The notes under the pieces were generated by a model. That model worked only from the letters and a program-made list of their open reading frames with translations, searched no databases and was not told the DNA's origin. Positions 35,907 to 47,904 of a stretch of DNA of 64,000 nt are shown in pieces; position 1 is the stretch's first letter, and each line of letters starts with the position of its first letter. Both the position numbers and the translations under genes were made by a program. Source of the DNA: Candidatus Omnitrophota bacterium (GTDB taxonomy: Bacteria > Omnitrophota > Gorgyraeia > 2-01-FULL-45-10); assembly GCA_028715345.1 (NCBI GenBank), contig JAQUSB010000002.1, forward strand, positions 675-64,674, given 5' to 3'.

Positions 35907-36401
35907 ATGGAACTACTGAAACTCTTAAGCGCAAATGAAATAGTCGCGCAGGTAATAACATTCCTGCTCTTGCTGTTTTTGATGAAACGGTTCGCGTGGA
36001 AACCGTTCCTCAAGACGCTCGATACCAGAAAAGAGCGCATCGCTTCGGAGCTCAAAAGGATAGAGGCCGCTAAAGCCGAGGTGAATGGCCTTAAAACCGA
36101 TTACGAATCTAGGCTCGCTTCCATCGAGGCCGAAGCAAAAAACAGGATCCGCGCCGCTGTCGAAGAGGGCAGGAAGTCTGCCGAAGATATCCGCCGGCTC
36201 GCCAGGGAAGACGGCGAGAGGATATTCGCAAAAGCCCAGGAGAGCATAAAGGCGGAGGTAGCGAAGGCCGAGGAAGCGCTTAAGGATAAGATAGTCAACC
36301 TGACGATAGACGTGGCATCCAAGGTAGTGCAGGAACGGCTGACCGAAGAAGACGACAGGGCAATAGTGGAAACGTTCATTAAAGAGATGGAAAAGAAATA
36401 A
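35907..36401 (+). CDS. atpF: F-type ATP synthase subunit b
   Basis: 164 aa; one TM then long charged helix. Confidence 0.8.
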   Translation: MELLKLLSANEIVAQVITFLLLLFLMKRFAWKPFLKTLDTRKERIASELKRIEAAKAEVNGLKTDYESRLASIEAEAKNRIRAAVEEGRKSAEDIRRLAREDGERIFAKAQESIKAEVAKAEEALKDKIVNLTIDVASKVVQERLTEEDDRAIVETFIKEMEKK

Positions 36402-36955
36402 TGGATCGCGACATACTGGCCAAACGATACGGCGACGCGTACATGGCCTTCGTAAAAGAAGGGTGCGGGCTGGAGAAAGGCGTTACCGACCTGCATAACG
36501 TGAAACGCATACTGCTCGACAACCCGGAGCTCAACGGATTTTTGCTGACGCCCGGCATAGATAAGCAGGAGAAGTTCCAGGTGCTCGAGAATGTCGTCCG
36601 GAACGGGTTCTCGGAAGAAGTCATATATTTCCTGCGGCTTCTCATAGATAAAGGGCGGTTCGATAAATTCAGCGATATGGCCAATTACGTCAGGATCATT
36701 TATTCCCACGGCATCGAAGCCGACGCGCTCCTTAAGGTAAGTTATCCTCTCGGAACGGATACGATCAGGCGGATCAAAAGCGGAATAGAAAATAAGTTAA
36801 ATAAAAAATTACACTTGTATATAGAGCTGGATTCGGACCTTCTCGGCGGTGTTTACCTGAAGATCGAAAATATACTTATCGACGGATCGGTAAGAAAACG
36901 CCTTGAAGATATGAGATCGAAACTTTTGGCAATGAAGGTGGTATATGGCAATTAG
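36401..36955 (+). CDS. atpH: F-type ATP synthase subunit delta (OSCP)
   Basis: 184 aa; position b-delta-alpha; its presence argues standard F-type, not N-type. Confidence 0.75.
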   Translation: MDRDILAKRYGDAYMAFVKEGCGLEKGVTDLHNVKRILLDNPELNGFLLTPGIDKQEKFQVLENVVRNGFSEEVIYFLRLLIDKGRFDKFSDMANYVRIIYSHGIEADALLKVSYPLGTDTIRRIKSGIENKLNKKLHLYIELDSDLLGGVYLKIENILIDGSVRKRLEDMRSKLLAMKVVYGN

Positions 36956-38465
36956 ACCCGAGGAAGTAACCTCTATAATAAAGAAGGAGCTGGAGAAATA
37001 CAGGACGCGCCTGCGCGTCGAATCCATAGGAACGGTCCTGCAGGTAGGCGACGGCATCGCGCTTGTATATGGCTTAGATGACGTAATGGTAGGCGAACTG
37101 GTCCAGTTCCCGGGCAATATAATGGGCATAGTCCTGAACTTGGAAGAGGACAAGGTCGGCATAGTCATCCTCGGCTCGGAGAAGAACATCCGGGAAGGCG
37201 ATATAGTCAAAAGGACGGGGAAGATAGCTCAAGTCCCCGTAGGCAAAGCGCTCCTCGGCAGGGTCATAAACGCACTGGGTATGCCGATAGACGGCAAAGG
37301 GCCCATAGCGACCAATAAATACCGGCCCATCGAATCGCCCGCGCCGACCATCGTACAGCGCCAGCCCGTCAAAGAACCGCTGCAGACGGGCATCAAAGCG
37401 ATCGACTCTATGATACCGATAGGGCGCGGACAAAGAGAGCTGATAATAGCAGACAGACAGACCGGCAAGACCGCCATTGCCATAGATACGATAATAAACC
37501 AAAAAGGCAAAGGCGTCTATTGCATATATGTAGCGATAGGCCAGAAGATGTCCAGCGTCGTTGCCATAAGCGAAGTGCTGGAAAAAGCGGGGGCAATGGA
37601 ATACACGATAATAGTAAGCGCGTCTTCCAGGGCGACTGCATCCATGCAATATATAGCTCCATACGCCGGATGCGCGATAGCCGAAGAGTTCATGTATGCC
37701 GGCAAACACGTCTATGTAGTCTACGACGACCTGTCGAAACACGCCCAGGCTTACAGGCAGTTGTCGCTTCTTTTACGCAGGCCGCCGGGCAGGGAAGCAT
37801 ACCCGGGAGATATCTTCTACCTGCATTCAAGGCTCCTGGAACGGTCGGCTAAGCTAACCGATGAGCTGGGCGGCGGATCGCTCACTGCTATACCTGTCAT
37901 CGAGACACAGGCAGGAGACCTTACGAGTTACATACCCACGAACCTTATATCGATAACCGACGGCCAGATATACCTCGAGACGGACCTCTTCTATTCCGGC
38001 GTGAGGCCGGCCATCAACGTCGGCCTTTCGGTGTCGCGAGTGGGCGGCAGCGCCCAGACGAAAGCAATGAAACAGGTCGCCGGCAGGCTGCGCATAGACC
38101 TCGCCCAGTACAGGGAGCTCGTGGCATTCACCCGGTTCGGCACAGAACTCGATAAAGCGACGCAGGCGCAGCTGACGCGCGGGGCGCATATGGTAGAGAT
38201 ACTCAAACAGCCTCAATACTCACCGCTCCCTATGGCAAAACAGGTAATGATAATCTATGCGGGAACGAACGGGTACCTTGACGACCTGCCTATCCCGGCC
38301 GTCTTAAGATTCGAATCGGAATTCTTCGTTTTTATCGATGCCAAATATTCCGACCTTGAAAAAGAGATCGAGGAAAAGGGCGCGCTCGACGACGCTCTAA
38401 AAGCAAAGCTCGACAACGCGATCTCAACATTCAAAAGAAAATTTAAGGAAACCCATAAAGTATGA
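36945..38465 (+). CDS. atpA: F-type ATP synthase subunit alpha
   Basis: 506 aa; GDRQTGKT Walker A, classical alpha N-terminus. Confidence 0.95.
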   Translation: MAIRPEEVTSIIKKELEKYRTRLRVESIGTVLQVGDGIALVYGLDDVMVGELVQFPGNIMGIVLNLEEDKVGIVILGSEKNIREGDIVKRTGKIAQVPVGKALLGRVINALGMPIDGKGPIATNKYRPIESPAPTIVQRQPVKEPLQTGIKAIDSMIPIGRGQRELIIADRQTGKTAIAIDTIINQKGKGVYCIYVAIGQKMSSVVAISEVLEKAGAMEYTIIVSASSRATASMQYIAPYAGCAIAEEFMYAGKHVYVVYDDLSKHAQAYRQLSLLLRRPPGREAYPGDIFYLHSRLLERSAKLTDELGGGSLTAIPVIETQAGDLTSYIPTNLISITDGQIYLETDLFYSGVRPAINVGLSVSRVGGSAQTKAMKQVAGRLRIDLAQYRELVAFTRFGTELDKATQAQLTRGAHMVEILKQPQYSPLPMAKQVMIIYAGTNGYLDDLPIPAVLRFESEFFVFIDAKYSDLEKEIEEKGALDDALKAKLDNAISTFKRKFKETHKV

Positions 38466-39316
38466 TACAAAGTTTCAGGCAGTTAAAAGACAGGATAAAG
38501 TCGATCGAAAGCACGCGCAAGATAACGCGCGCCATGGAAATGGTCTCTGCCGCGAAACTTAATAAGGTAAAAAGCGCGTTTTTTTCTTCGAAGAATTATT
38601 TCGCGCGTACGGAACGTATATTATTCGATCTGTTATCCGACCTCGAACCCGCGGACCATCCGCTGCTTGAAAAAAGGAAGGCCAAGAACGCGATAGCTCT
38701 GGCGGTCATCGCGTCCGACACCGGTTTATGCAGCACGTATAACAACAACGTCATAAAGCTCGCCAAAGATTTTGCCGACCGGTTCGATAGAGAGCGCGTA
38801 AAAATAATAGCCGTCGGGAAAGAGGCTTTTTCGTATTTCAAAAAAGAAAATTACGGGATAAATAATTTTTACTTGGGCATGCGGGGTAAGTTTTCCGAAG
38901 AGATCGCCGCAGACATGACCGGCACGCTTGTAAAATTGTTCACAGGCGGCGAGGCTGATGAAATTTATATTGCCTATACTCATTTCAGCCCCAACCTGCG
39001 CCACAAGCCTGTCGTAGAAAAATTCCTGGATATCGAATACGCTCATAAGGAAAAACGGCACTACATCCTGGAACCGGATAAAGAAGCCATATTAAATGAA
39101 CTTATATCGAAATATCTGGCGGATAAGATACGGGTAATATTACTCGATTCGTTCACAACCGAGCATTCCGCGCGCATGCTCGCTATGAAGCTCGCTACGG
39201 ATAATGCCAACGAGCTCATAGATACATTAACGCTTTTGAAGAACAAGGCCAGGCAGGCGGCTATAACAAAGGAAGTCCTTGAAATAGCCAATTCCGCCGA
39301 GGCCCTTAGAGGTTAA
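38462..39316 (+). CDS. atpG: F-type ATP synthase subunit gamma
   Basis: 284 aa; [34 protein letters not shown]-terminus. Confidence 0.9.
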   Translation: MIQSFRQLKDRIKSIESTRKITRAMEMVSAAKLNKVKSAFFSSKNYFARTERILFDLLSDLEPADHPLLEKRKAKNAIALAVIASDTGLCSTYNNNVIKLAKDFADRFDRERVKIIAVGKEAFSYFKKENYGINNFYLGMRGKFSEEIAADMTGTLVKLFTGGEADEIYIAYTHFSPNLRHKPVVEKFLDIEYAHKEKRHYILEPDKEAILNELISKYLADKIRVILLDSFTTEHSARMLAMKLATDNANELIDTLTLLKNKARQAAITKEVLEIANSAEALRG

Positions 39317-40732
<1,416 letters not shown>

Positions 40733-40733
40733 C

Positions 40734-41003
40734 TTGGCCTCATCGTTCCGTCTGAACATAACCATACCGGACAAGGTCGTTTTCGACGGGGAAGCGTCGA
40801 GCTTAGTGGTGCCGGCCGAGAAAGGCTACCTCGGCGTCCTGGCACACCACGCCCCGATAATAGCAAGATTGAAGCCGGGGAAGATAACGCTGCAGAGCCC
40901 CGACGGCAAGACATCGGCCTTCGATCTCAAGACGAACGGCTTTCTCGAATTCTCCGAGAACAGGGCTACCCTGCTGCTCGATTCCCTCGATATCCAGTCA
41001 TAA
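40734..41003 (+). CDS. atpC: F-type ATP synthase subunit epsilon
   Basis: 89 aa, TTG start; N-terminal beta-sandwich pattern. Confidence 0.8.
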   Translation: MASSFRLNITIPDKVVFDGEASSLVVPAEKGYLGVLAHHAPIIARLKPGKITLQSPDGKTSAFDLKTNGFLEFSENRATLLLDSLDIQS

Positions 41004-41042
41004 TTTTTTTATTATAAACCACCTAAAACAAAAGGACACTAT

Positions 41043-41483
41043 ATGCAATATACTAGGGGAGAGATCGGCAGGGTATTTTTGCTTAAATTCAAGGACGACG
41101 ACATCCTCACGGATGAACTCGCAGGATTTGCCAAAAAAGAGAAGCTGAAAGCCGCTACACTCGTTTTTCTGGGAGCGCTGAAAAAAGGCGACCTGGTGAC
41201 GGGGCCGAAAAAACCGGTAATACCTCCGGAGCCGAACTGGGTAAGTTTCAAAGACGCCTGGGAGGTGATGGGTATCGGCAGTATATTCACGAATAAGAAA
41301 GGCCCGCAGATACACATCCATACCGCGATGGGTAAAAAGATGAATACCCTGATCGGCTGCGTCAGAAAAAAGTCCAAAGTCTTCCTGGTCATAGAGGCGG
41401 TCGTATTCGAATTGAAAGGCGTGAAAGCAACCAAAGATATAGACCCTGCGACGGGACTTAACCTTTTAAAAATATTAAAATGA
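41043..41483 (+). CDS. PPC (DUF296) domain protein
   Basis: 146 aa; overall pattern (…HIHTAMG…CVRKKSKVFLVIEAVVFELKGV…) of PPC/DUF296 fold. Confidence 0.45.
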   Translation: MQYTRGEIGRVFLLKFKDDDILTDELAGFAKKEKLKAATLVFLGALKKGDLVTGPKKPVIPPEPNWVSFKDAWEVMGIGSIFTNKKGPQIHIHTAMGKKMNTLIGCVRKKSKVFLVIEAVVFELKGVKATKDIDPATGLNLLKILK

Positions 41484-42142
41484 AACCTCCGAAATACAAA
41501 CTCATCATATTCGATATCGACGGGACGATAACACGGCACATAAGCTCCTGGAGGTATATCCACGAAAAGCTCGGCCTATGGCAAAAACGCGCGTTCGCCT
41601 ACCAGGAACGGTTTTTCGCCGGCCGCATAAGTTACCGCAAGTTTTGCGAACTTGACGCCGCCCACTGGAAGGGGATGCCCGAAAAAAAGATACGCGCGAT
41701 ATTTAAAGACGTGCGCTATTCAAGAAATGCCGTGCCCGTCATAAAGAAACTTAAAAAAATGGGTTTCAAGCTTGCGGCCGTTTCTACAGGGCTTCAATTC
41801 ATGCCCGACAGGATACTGAAAGAGCTTAAATTCGATTACGCGCTCTCCAACAGGCTTGCCTCCAGGGCCGGCCGGCTGACAGGCGGAGTAATAATAAAGA
41901 TAGCCCACGGCGCAAAGCACAAGACCTTAAGCGCCATATTTAAACGTTTCAACGTTAAGCCGCATGAAGTGATCTGCGTCGGGGACAGTGAAGGGGACAT
42001 ACCTTTGGCAAAAGAATGCGGCTATTCGATCGCATTCAACTCTTCCTCGAAAGAGTTGTCGAAAATTTCCGACTATAACTGCAGGGCCCTGGATTTTAAC
42101 GAAGTCTTCAAAAAGATCGCGGCGATAACCGATGACCGATAA
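41480..42142 (+). CDS. HAD-superfamily phosphatase (SerB-like, HAD-IB)
   Basis: IFDIDGTIT motif I and VGDSEGD motif IV. Confidence 0.65.
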   Translation: MKPPKYKLIIFDIDGTITRHISSWRYIHEKLGLWQKRAFAYQERFFAGRISYRKFCELDAAHWKGMPEKKIRAIFKDVRYSRNAVPVIKKLKKMGFKLAAVSTGLQFMPDRILKELKFDYALSNRLASRAGRLTGGVIIKIAHGAKHKTLSAIFKRFNVKPHEVICVGDSEGDIPLAKECGYSIAFNSSSKELSKISDYNCRALDFNEVFKKIAAITDDR

Positions 42143-43928
42143 ATTCCTGCCGATGACACGTGAAGATATGCGCTCGCGCGGCTGGAGCGAGCCGGACGTC
42201 ATCATAGTAACGGGCGACGCCTATGTCGACCACCCGTCATACGGAGCGGCCATAATGGGGCGCGTCCTCGAGGCTGACGGATTCAAGGTCGGCATTATTC
42301 CTCAACCCGCCTGGACAAGCGCCAAAGATTTTACCGCATTAGGCCGGCCGAAATTGTTTTTCGGGGTGACTGCCGGCAACCTCGATTCTATGCTCGCCAA
42401 TTACACCTCAAACAGGAACCGCAGGCGCGAAGACGAATATTCGCCGGGCGGGAAAACCGGCGCGAGGCCGGACAGGGCTACGATAATATACACGAACAGG
42501 ATCAAAGAAGCGTTCCCCGGCGTAGGCGTCGTAATAGGCGGCCTCGAAGCAAGCCTCAGGCGGCTTGCGCATTACGATTACTGGTCCGACAAGGTCCGCA
42601 AATCCATACTTCTGGATTCAAAAGCCGATATCCTCATATACGGTATGGGCGAGCGGCAGATAGTCGAAATTGCCAGACGTTTAAGATCGGGTGAAGACAT
42701 AAAAAAAATAGATAATGTCAAAGGAACTGTGATAGCCCGCTCAAATGCCGATAACACCGGCGAGCATATTATCATCCCGTCCTTCGAAGATGTTTCAAAA
42801 GATAAAGATAAATTTAACACGGCCTTTAAGGCGGTCTACGAAGAGGCCGATCCCCGGCGCGGCAGGACGATAATCCAGCCCCACGATAACAGGTTCGTGA
42901 TACAGCTTCCTCCGGCGCTGCCGCTCACTGCGAATGAACTCGATAAAATTTACAGCCTCGATTACGCGAGGAACTGGCATCCTAAATATGATAAAGAAGG
43001 CGGCGTCCCCGGTTTCGAAATGATACGCTTTTCTATAACATCCCATCGCGGCTGTTTAGGCGCATGCAATTTCTGCTCGCTCTACCTGCACCAGGGCAGG
43101 ATCGTCCAATCACGCAGTCCCGCATCCATAGTAGCCGAGGCCGAAAAATTGAGCCGGCGGCCCGATTTTAAAGGCACGATCACCGATATAGGCGGCCCGA
43201 CGGCAAATATGTTCCTCGCCGTATGTAAGGAATGGGAAACGAAAGGCGCCTGCAAAACAAAACAGTGCCTTATACCTTCGAAATGCAAGAACCTTCTGGT
43301 AGATCACAAAGACACTATAAAAATGTGGGAACGCGTAAGAAAACTTCCTAAAGTCAAACACCTGTTCATAGGAAGCGGCTTAAGATACGATCTTTTAGCC
43401 GATAAAGGCGCGGAAGAATATTTAAAGGAATTGTGCAGATGTCACATAAGCGGGCGTTTAAAAGTCGCCCCGGAACATACCGAAGAAGCGGTGCTTAAAC
43501 TGATGAATAAACCGCCGTTCGATATATATGAGGAATTCACCAAGAAATTCGAAGCGGCGAACCGCGCGATAGGCAAACGTCAATTCCTGGTAAATTACAT
43601 CGTAAGCGGCCACCCCGGCTGCACGCTCGAAGATTCCCTGAGCATGTCGCTAAAATTTGCAAAGAAACATATACACCCGGAACAGATACAGGATTACATA
43701 CCCTTGCCCATGACGATGTCCGGCAGCATGTATTACACAGAAAAAGACCCCCTGACGGGTAAAAAGATATACGTCGCTAAAGGCCTGCGCGAGCGAAAAC
43801 TTCACAGGGCGCTCATCCAGTATGACAACCCGGACAATAAACGCTACGTGATCGAAGCGCTGAAAAAGCTCGGCCGGATGGACCTTGCAAAAACATTTTT
43901 TAACAGGAAAAGAACTTATGGGAAATAA
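42132..43928 (+). CDS. YgiQ-family (UPF0313) radical SAM protein
   Basis: 598 aa; N-terminal B12-binding-like region MTREDMRSRGWSEPDVIIVTGDAYVDHPS, CLGACNFCS radical SAM motif. Confidence 0.8.
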   Translation: MTDKFLPMTREDMRSRGWSEPDVIIVTGDAYVDHPSYGAAIMGRVLEADGFKVGIIPQPAWTSAKDFTALGRPKLFFGVTAGNLDSMLANYTSNRNRRREDEYSPGGKTGARPDRATIIYTNRIKEAFPGVGVVIGGLEASLRRLAHYDYWSDKVRKSILLDSKADILIYGMGERQIVEIARRLRSGEDIKKIDNVKGTVIARSNADNTGEHIIIPSFEDVSKDKDKFNTAFKAVYEEADPRRGRTIIQPHDNRFVIQLPPALPLTANELDKIYSLDYARNWHPKYDKEGGVPGFEMIRFSITSHRGCLGACNFCSLYLHQGRIVQSRSPASIVAEAEKLSRRPDFKGTITDIGGPTANMFLAVCKEWETKGACKTKQCLIPSKCKNLLVDHKDTIKMWERVRKLPKVKHLFIGSGLRYDLLADKGAEEYLKELCRCHISGRLKVAPEHTEEAVLKLMNKPPFDIYEEFTKKFEAANRAIGKRQFLVNYIVSGHPGCTLEDSLSMSLKFAKKHIHPEQIQDYIPLPMTMSGSMYYTEKDPLTGKKIYVAKGLRERKLHRALIQYDNPDNKRYVIEALKKLGRMDLAKTFFNRKRTYGK

Positions 43929-45180
43929 AACTTTACGGCTCCTCCTCGCTGATCGAAAAGGGCGGATCTTCGAGCATGCGAGCCTTGAGCCTGCCGGAAT
44001 GAAAGCCGGGAAATTTTTCAGGCTTGGCGAAGAAGACCTGATAAAGGTGCCGGCGGGAAGCCAGCTATTCAGGCTGCCCGACAGAAAGCCTGTAGGCTAC
44101 GATCCCTGGACGGGCTGCTTCATCACCATCGACAATGCCTTTGCCGTAGCCGCATTTGCCTCGCCCGGCCACACGCTCACTCACAACACTGCCTATACCG
44201 AAGACGGCCCGGCAGGACCGTTACCGTTATTTTCATACGGCGCATGCGCAAGTTATAACGGCAATACTTATGTCACGGCTATACAGGTCGATAAAGACAA
44301 GCGGCACGATACGACATTGACCGATCCCGCCCGGGTCAGAAAGAATATTTCAAAATTCAAAAAACTTTTCCGCAAAAACAGGCTCATAGGACATCTGGCG
44401 ATTTGCGCTACCGAATACGGCTGCCCGAACGCGCAAAATTTCTTTTTGTCCAGATACGAGGCGCCGCTGCCGACGTCGCCTTCATGCAACGCGGGATGCG
44501 CGGGGTGTATTTCCTATCAGGGCGGTAAAATAAAATGCAGCCAGCCCAGGATAAAATTCGTCCCGTCCAAAGAAGAGATCACGGAGATAGCGTTATACCA
44601 CATCGCGAATGTCAAGGATGCGATAGTGAGTTTCGGACAAGGCTGCGAAGGAGAGCCGCTCTTACAGGCAGAATTGATAGAAGATTCTATAAAGATGATA
44701 CGCAGGCAGACAAACCGTGGGACCATAAACCTGAATACGAACGGCAGTAAACCCGAAGCCGTATCGAAACTTTTCGACTCCGGGCTCGACACAATAAGGA
44801 TAAGCCTGAACAGCGCAAGAGAGAATTATTACTCGCTTTATTATCGCCCACGCGGGTATTCGTTCAGGGATGTGCTCACGTCTATAACCGTATCGAAAAA
44901 GAAGGGCCTTTTCGTTTCGCTGAATTACCTGACTATGCCGGGCTTTACCGATTCTAAGGCCGAAATGGATGCCCTGATGGAACTTCTGGCGAAAACAGGC
45001 GTCGATATGATCCAGTGGAGAAACCTCAACTACGATCCTATGCGATATTTTAAATTACTGGATGTCGCGGCAGGGGAAATGGCAGGCATAGCGCAGGAGA
45101 TCGACCTGTTAAAGGAACGCTTCCCGCGCCTTCGCATGGGATATTTTAACCCTCGCGCAGCTGCTTCTCGGCGTCGATGA
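43918..45180 (+). CDS. radical SAM protein with ~180-aa N-terminal domain of unknown function
   Basis: CNAGCAGC (Cx3Cx2C) followed by TIM-barrel-like pattern (GEPLL...NTNGS); ATG 43918 within ORF 43885..45180. Confidence 0.55.
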   Translation: MGNKTLRLLLADRKGRIFEHASLEPAGMKAGKFFRLGEEDLIKVPAGSQLFRLPDRKPVGYDPWTGCFITIDNAFAVAAFASPGHTLTHNTAYTEDGPAGPLPLFSYGACASYNGNTYVTAIQVDKDKRHDTTLTDPARVRKNISKFKKLFRKNRLIGHLAICATEYGCPNAQNFFLSRYEAPLPTSPSCNAGCAGCISYQGGKIKCSQPRIKFVPSKEEITEIALYHIANVKDAIVSFGQGCEGEPLLQAELIEDSIKMIRRQTNRGTINLNTNGSKPEAVSKLFDSGLDTIRISLNSARENYYSLYYRPRGYSFRDVLTSITVSKKKGLFVSLNYLTMPGFTDSKAEMDALMELLAKTGVDMIQWRNLNYDPMRYFKLLDVAAGEMAGIAQEIDLLKERFPRLRMGYFNPRAAASRRR

Positions 45181-47020
45181 TATCGCGGTTTATCATGCGG
45201 ATCGTATTTTTTATCCGCCCGGCGAGAACGGGGGAAATAGGCGCATCGCTTATCTCGCGTAATATCTGTATCGCCATCCTGAAATAACGTATCACTTCGC
45301 CTTCATCCGTATCCGTAAGATCCAGTATCTTCTCGAACTTCATCCCGTGCATCCAGCCCTCTATGGCTTTGGCCAGGTTAAAATGCGGAGCCTTGCAGTA
45401 AGGGTGTATCCCGAGCCTCGACTCTTTACGCACGATACTGTCGTGCAGGCTGGTAGAGACGGACTTCATATATTGGACGTTCTTCGAAAGGCCGACCACG
45501 ACCTGTCCTTTTCGCGGCTCGAATACCGTCGCGACCGCGAGTATGCCCAGGCCGATCTCGTCGAGATTTTCGAAAACGCCGTCGTCATACAGTTCCGCCA
45601 GGAGAAGCTCATACCCGTAAACGGCTTTTGCGAATTCACCCTTGGGGGTCAGTTTGCCGCCCGATATATGCCCGAGTTCTTTTAAAAGCGTCAGCTTCGA
45701 CTCCATGACCTTAAGGGCTTCGCGCTGCTGCCTGGCTTTCGTCTGAAAATAATGGAAAGACATCGGGTATATATTGAAGAGCTCGTCCTTATAGCGCGAG
45801 TAAAGGTTCAGCATTGTCGCGTATGAAGCGTTGAACTGGCTGTTCACATCCTCCGGCTTGCCGTAAATGATACGCCTTATCTCCTCGATCCGTATCCTGC
45901 GCAGATTTATCCTGCTGTAAACGAAACCTTCGCTGTCTATGCCGCGCCTGCCCGCGCGTCCGGCCATCTGATAAAAATCGCGCGTCTTGAGGGGGCGGGT
46001 ATAACTGCCGTAAAATTTTGACAGCTCGTCGAAAACTACGGAACGGCTCGGCATATTTATCCCGAGAGCAAATGTTTCGGTGGTAAATATGACTTTCAGA
46101 AGCCTGCTCGTAAATAACCTTTCGATGGCCTCCTTCAGCGTAGGAAGCATCCCGGCGTGGTGGAAAGCAACGCCTCTTTCTATAAGAGGCAGCATATCCT
46201 GCGCGCTCTTTTCGTGCGTGAGGTCGAATTTAATGCAAAGTTCTTCGTACATTGAGAGTATCTTCGCCGATCCGGCCTTGTCCAGGAAATGGCAGTCGTA
46301 AAGCTCCGAGGCAAGGTATTCGGCGCGTTTGCGGCCAAAGACAAAATATATCAGAGGCAGACCGTCCTTCTCCTCCACGTAGCGTATAAGAGAATGCGCG
46401 CGATTCTGCTTGTAGCTGCGCAAGCCTTTGATCTTATTAAGGTCATCGGCAACCTTATCGTAACACTGGAAGAAAAAATGCAAGGGAACGGGCCTTTTAT
46501 CCTCGATAACGACCCTGACGTGTTTTTTGTGTATCGATTCGACCCACTCGGCGAATTGCTTGATATTAGGTATGGTGGCGGACAGACATAGTATATTCAT
46601 ATGGGTAGGGAGGAATATCAGGGATTCCTCCCAGACGGTACCGCGTTCGGGGTTATCAATGTAATGGACTTCGTCGAAAATTATCCAGGAGTATTTTTTG
46701 AGGCTGTCCGGAGCGTCGAGGACTTTATTACGGAATATCTCGGTCGTCATGATCAGGACGGGCGCGTCTGCGTTAAGCGAGACATCGCCGGTAAGTATAC
46801 CGATGCTGTCGCCGTACTGGGCCTGGAAGTCGCGGAATTTCTGGTTGGAGAGGGCCTTTATCGGCGCGGTGTATATAACGCCTTGCTTGGTCTGGATACA
46901 GCTTTCGATCACGTGCTCTGCGATCGCGGTCTTGCCGGCGCCCGTGGGAGCCGAAACGATGACCGAATGGCCCGCGTTTATGTGCTCGATCGCCTCATTC
47001 TGGAACCTGTCGTAGATCAT
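45146..47020 (-). CDS. Ski2/HelY-like DEAD/DEAH-box (DEVH) helicase
   Basis: 624 aa; SAPTGAGKT Walker A, DEVH box, SAT, QMAGRAGRRG motif VI. Confidence 0.75.
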   Translation of the reverse strand: MIYDRFQNEAIEHINAGHSVIVSAPTGAGKTAIAEHVIESCIQTKQGVIYTAPIKALSNQKFRDFQAQYGDSIGILTGDVSLNADAPVLIMTTEIFRNKVLDAPDSLKKYSWIIFDEVHYIDNPERGTVWEESLIFLPTHMNILCLSATIPNIKQFAEWVESIHKKHVRVVIEDKRPVPLHFFFQCYDKVADDLNKIKGLRSYKQNRAHSLIRYVEEKDGLPLIYFVFGRKRAEYLASELYDCHFLDKAGSAKILSMYEELCIKFDLTHEKSAQDMLPLIERGVAFHHAGMLPTLKEAIERLFTSRLLKVIFTTETFALGINMPSRSVVFDELSKFYGSYTRPLKTRDFYQMAGRAGRRGIDSEGFVYSRINLRRIRIEEIRRIIYGKPEDVNSQFNASYATMLNLYSRYKDELFNIYPMSFHYFQTKARQQREALKVMESKLTLLKELGHISGGKLTPKGEFAKAVYGYELLLAELYDDGVFENLDEIGLGILAVATVFEPRKGQVVVGLSKNVQYMKSVSTSLHDSIVRKESRLGIHPYCKAPHFNLAKAIEGWMHGMKFEKILDLTDTDEGEVIRYFRMAIQILREISDAPISPVLAGRIKNTIRMINRDIIDAEKQLREG

Positions 47021-47057
47021 AACGGATATTATAGTCTAAATACCCGGCGAATAACAT

Positions 47058-47268
47058 AAAATTTTTCGCTCGTAGCTGGGATTTGCTGTGTCGAGTGGTT
47101 CGCAAGGACGTGCGATTTTTAACCATGTAAAATCGCACTCCGTAAAATTGCTCGGACCCTGCCGAGCAATTTTAAGGCCTTGCTCACCACATCGCCACAG
47201 CATATCCCCGAGCAGCGAAAAATTTTACGCCCCGCTCGGCACGAATCCCTACGGGAATTCTTCCCGTA
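47058..47268. repeat. hairpin-rich divergent intergenic region: array of AAAATTTT-centred half-sites in alternating orientation
   Basis: 13-bp inverted repeat AAAATTTTTCGCT (47058) / AGCGAAAAATTTT (47214); hairpins GTGCGATTTT/AAAATCGCAC (47110..47138), TAAAATTGCTCGG/CCGAGCAATTTTA (47143..47174), TACGGGAATTCTTCCCGTA (47250..47268). Confidence 0.5.
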
Positions 47269-47321
47269 TATACATAAAAATTTTCCCACTTTTCTGAAAA
47301 AGATATAGTATACTATACGTT

Positions 47322-47885
47322 ATGAGCTACCAGCAGGCGATAGAAAAAGCGTGGGGCGCGATCTCCGCGACGGCCGATGACGGAAATAAGCAGGTTAAGG
47401 TCAAGCTGCTCGGCGATACATACACGGTCGACCTGAAGGCTAAGACCATACTTTCCGATTCCTGCAATGTACCCGCAAAAGAGTACGTCTCGATAATACT
47501 GCTCCACTACCTGGCCAAGAAAGCAAATTTAAAGGAACTCCCGCGGCCGACAGGCGAATGGATAGATTTCAAAGAACTCGCGGGCGGGGAAGGTTACTAT
47601 CCCGCCTTCAAGAAACGTACCATAGACCGCATCGTAAAGAAATACGGCGCGGATCCCGACGCGCTCAAGACCGTTCTCAGGCGCATGCCGGGTAAACCCG
47701 GGGATAAAGACGATGTCAGTGTGGTCATACGCCCGTTCGAAGAGACCGCCATACTTATAACGATGTCGAAAGCCGATGAAGAGTTCGGCCCAGACGCGGC
47801 AATTTTGTTCGATAAGAACATTTCGGCCATTTTCTGCACAGAGGACATAGTCGTCCTGACCGAAATGGTAGTGCATTTACTCTAA
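47322..47885 (+). CDS. hypothetical protein (possibly DUF3786-like)
   Basis: 187-aa ORF with coding-like composition; 14-bp palindrome TATAGTATACTATA 5-18 nt upstream of ATG. Confidence 0.35.
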   Translation: MSYQQAIEKAWGAISATADDGNKQVKVKLLGDTYTVDLKAKTILSDSCNVPAKEYVSIILLHYLAKKANLKELPRPTGEWIDFKELAGGEGYYPAFKKRTIDRIVKKYGADPDALKTVLRRMPGKPGDKDDVSVVIRPFEETAILITMSKADEEFGPDAAILFDKNISAIFCTEDIVVLTEMVVHLL

Positions 47886-47904
47886 AATACAAAGGATGTC
47901 AAAA

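Noticed and set aside
47088-47297. 69-aa ORF listed in the six-frame track inside the divergent intergenic region
   Set aside because: It lies entirely within the hairpin/repeat array between two divergently oriented genes, has no RBS and a biased Ser/Pro/His-rich translation. It is more likely non-coding.
47040-47320. Possible tRNA or other standard RNA gene, because of multiple stem-loops and a CGAATCC stretch
   Set aside because: There is no cloverleaf. There is no GTTC T-loop with a proper 5-bp T-stem, and no acceptor stem complementarity. The hairpins are repeats of one unit instead.
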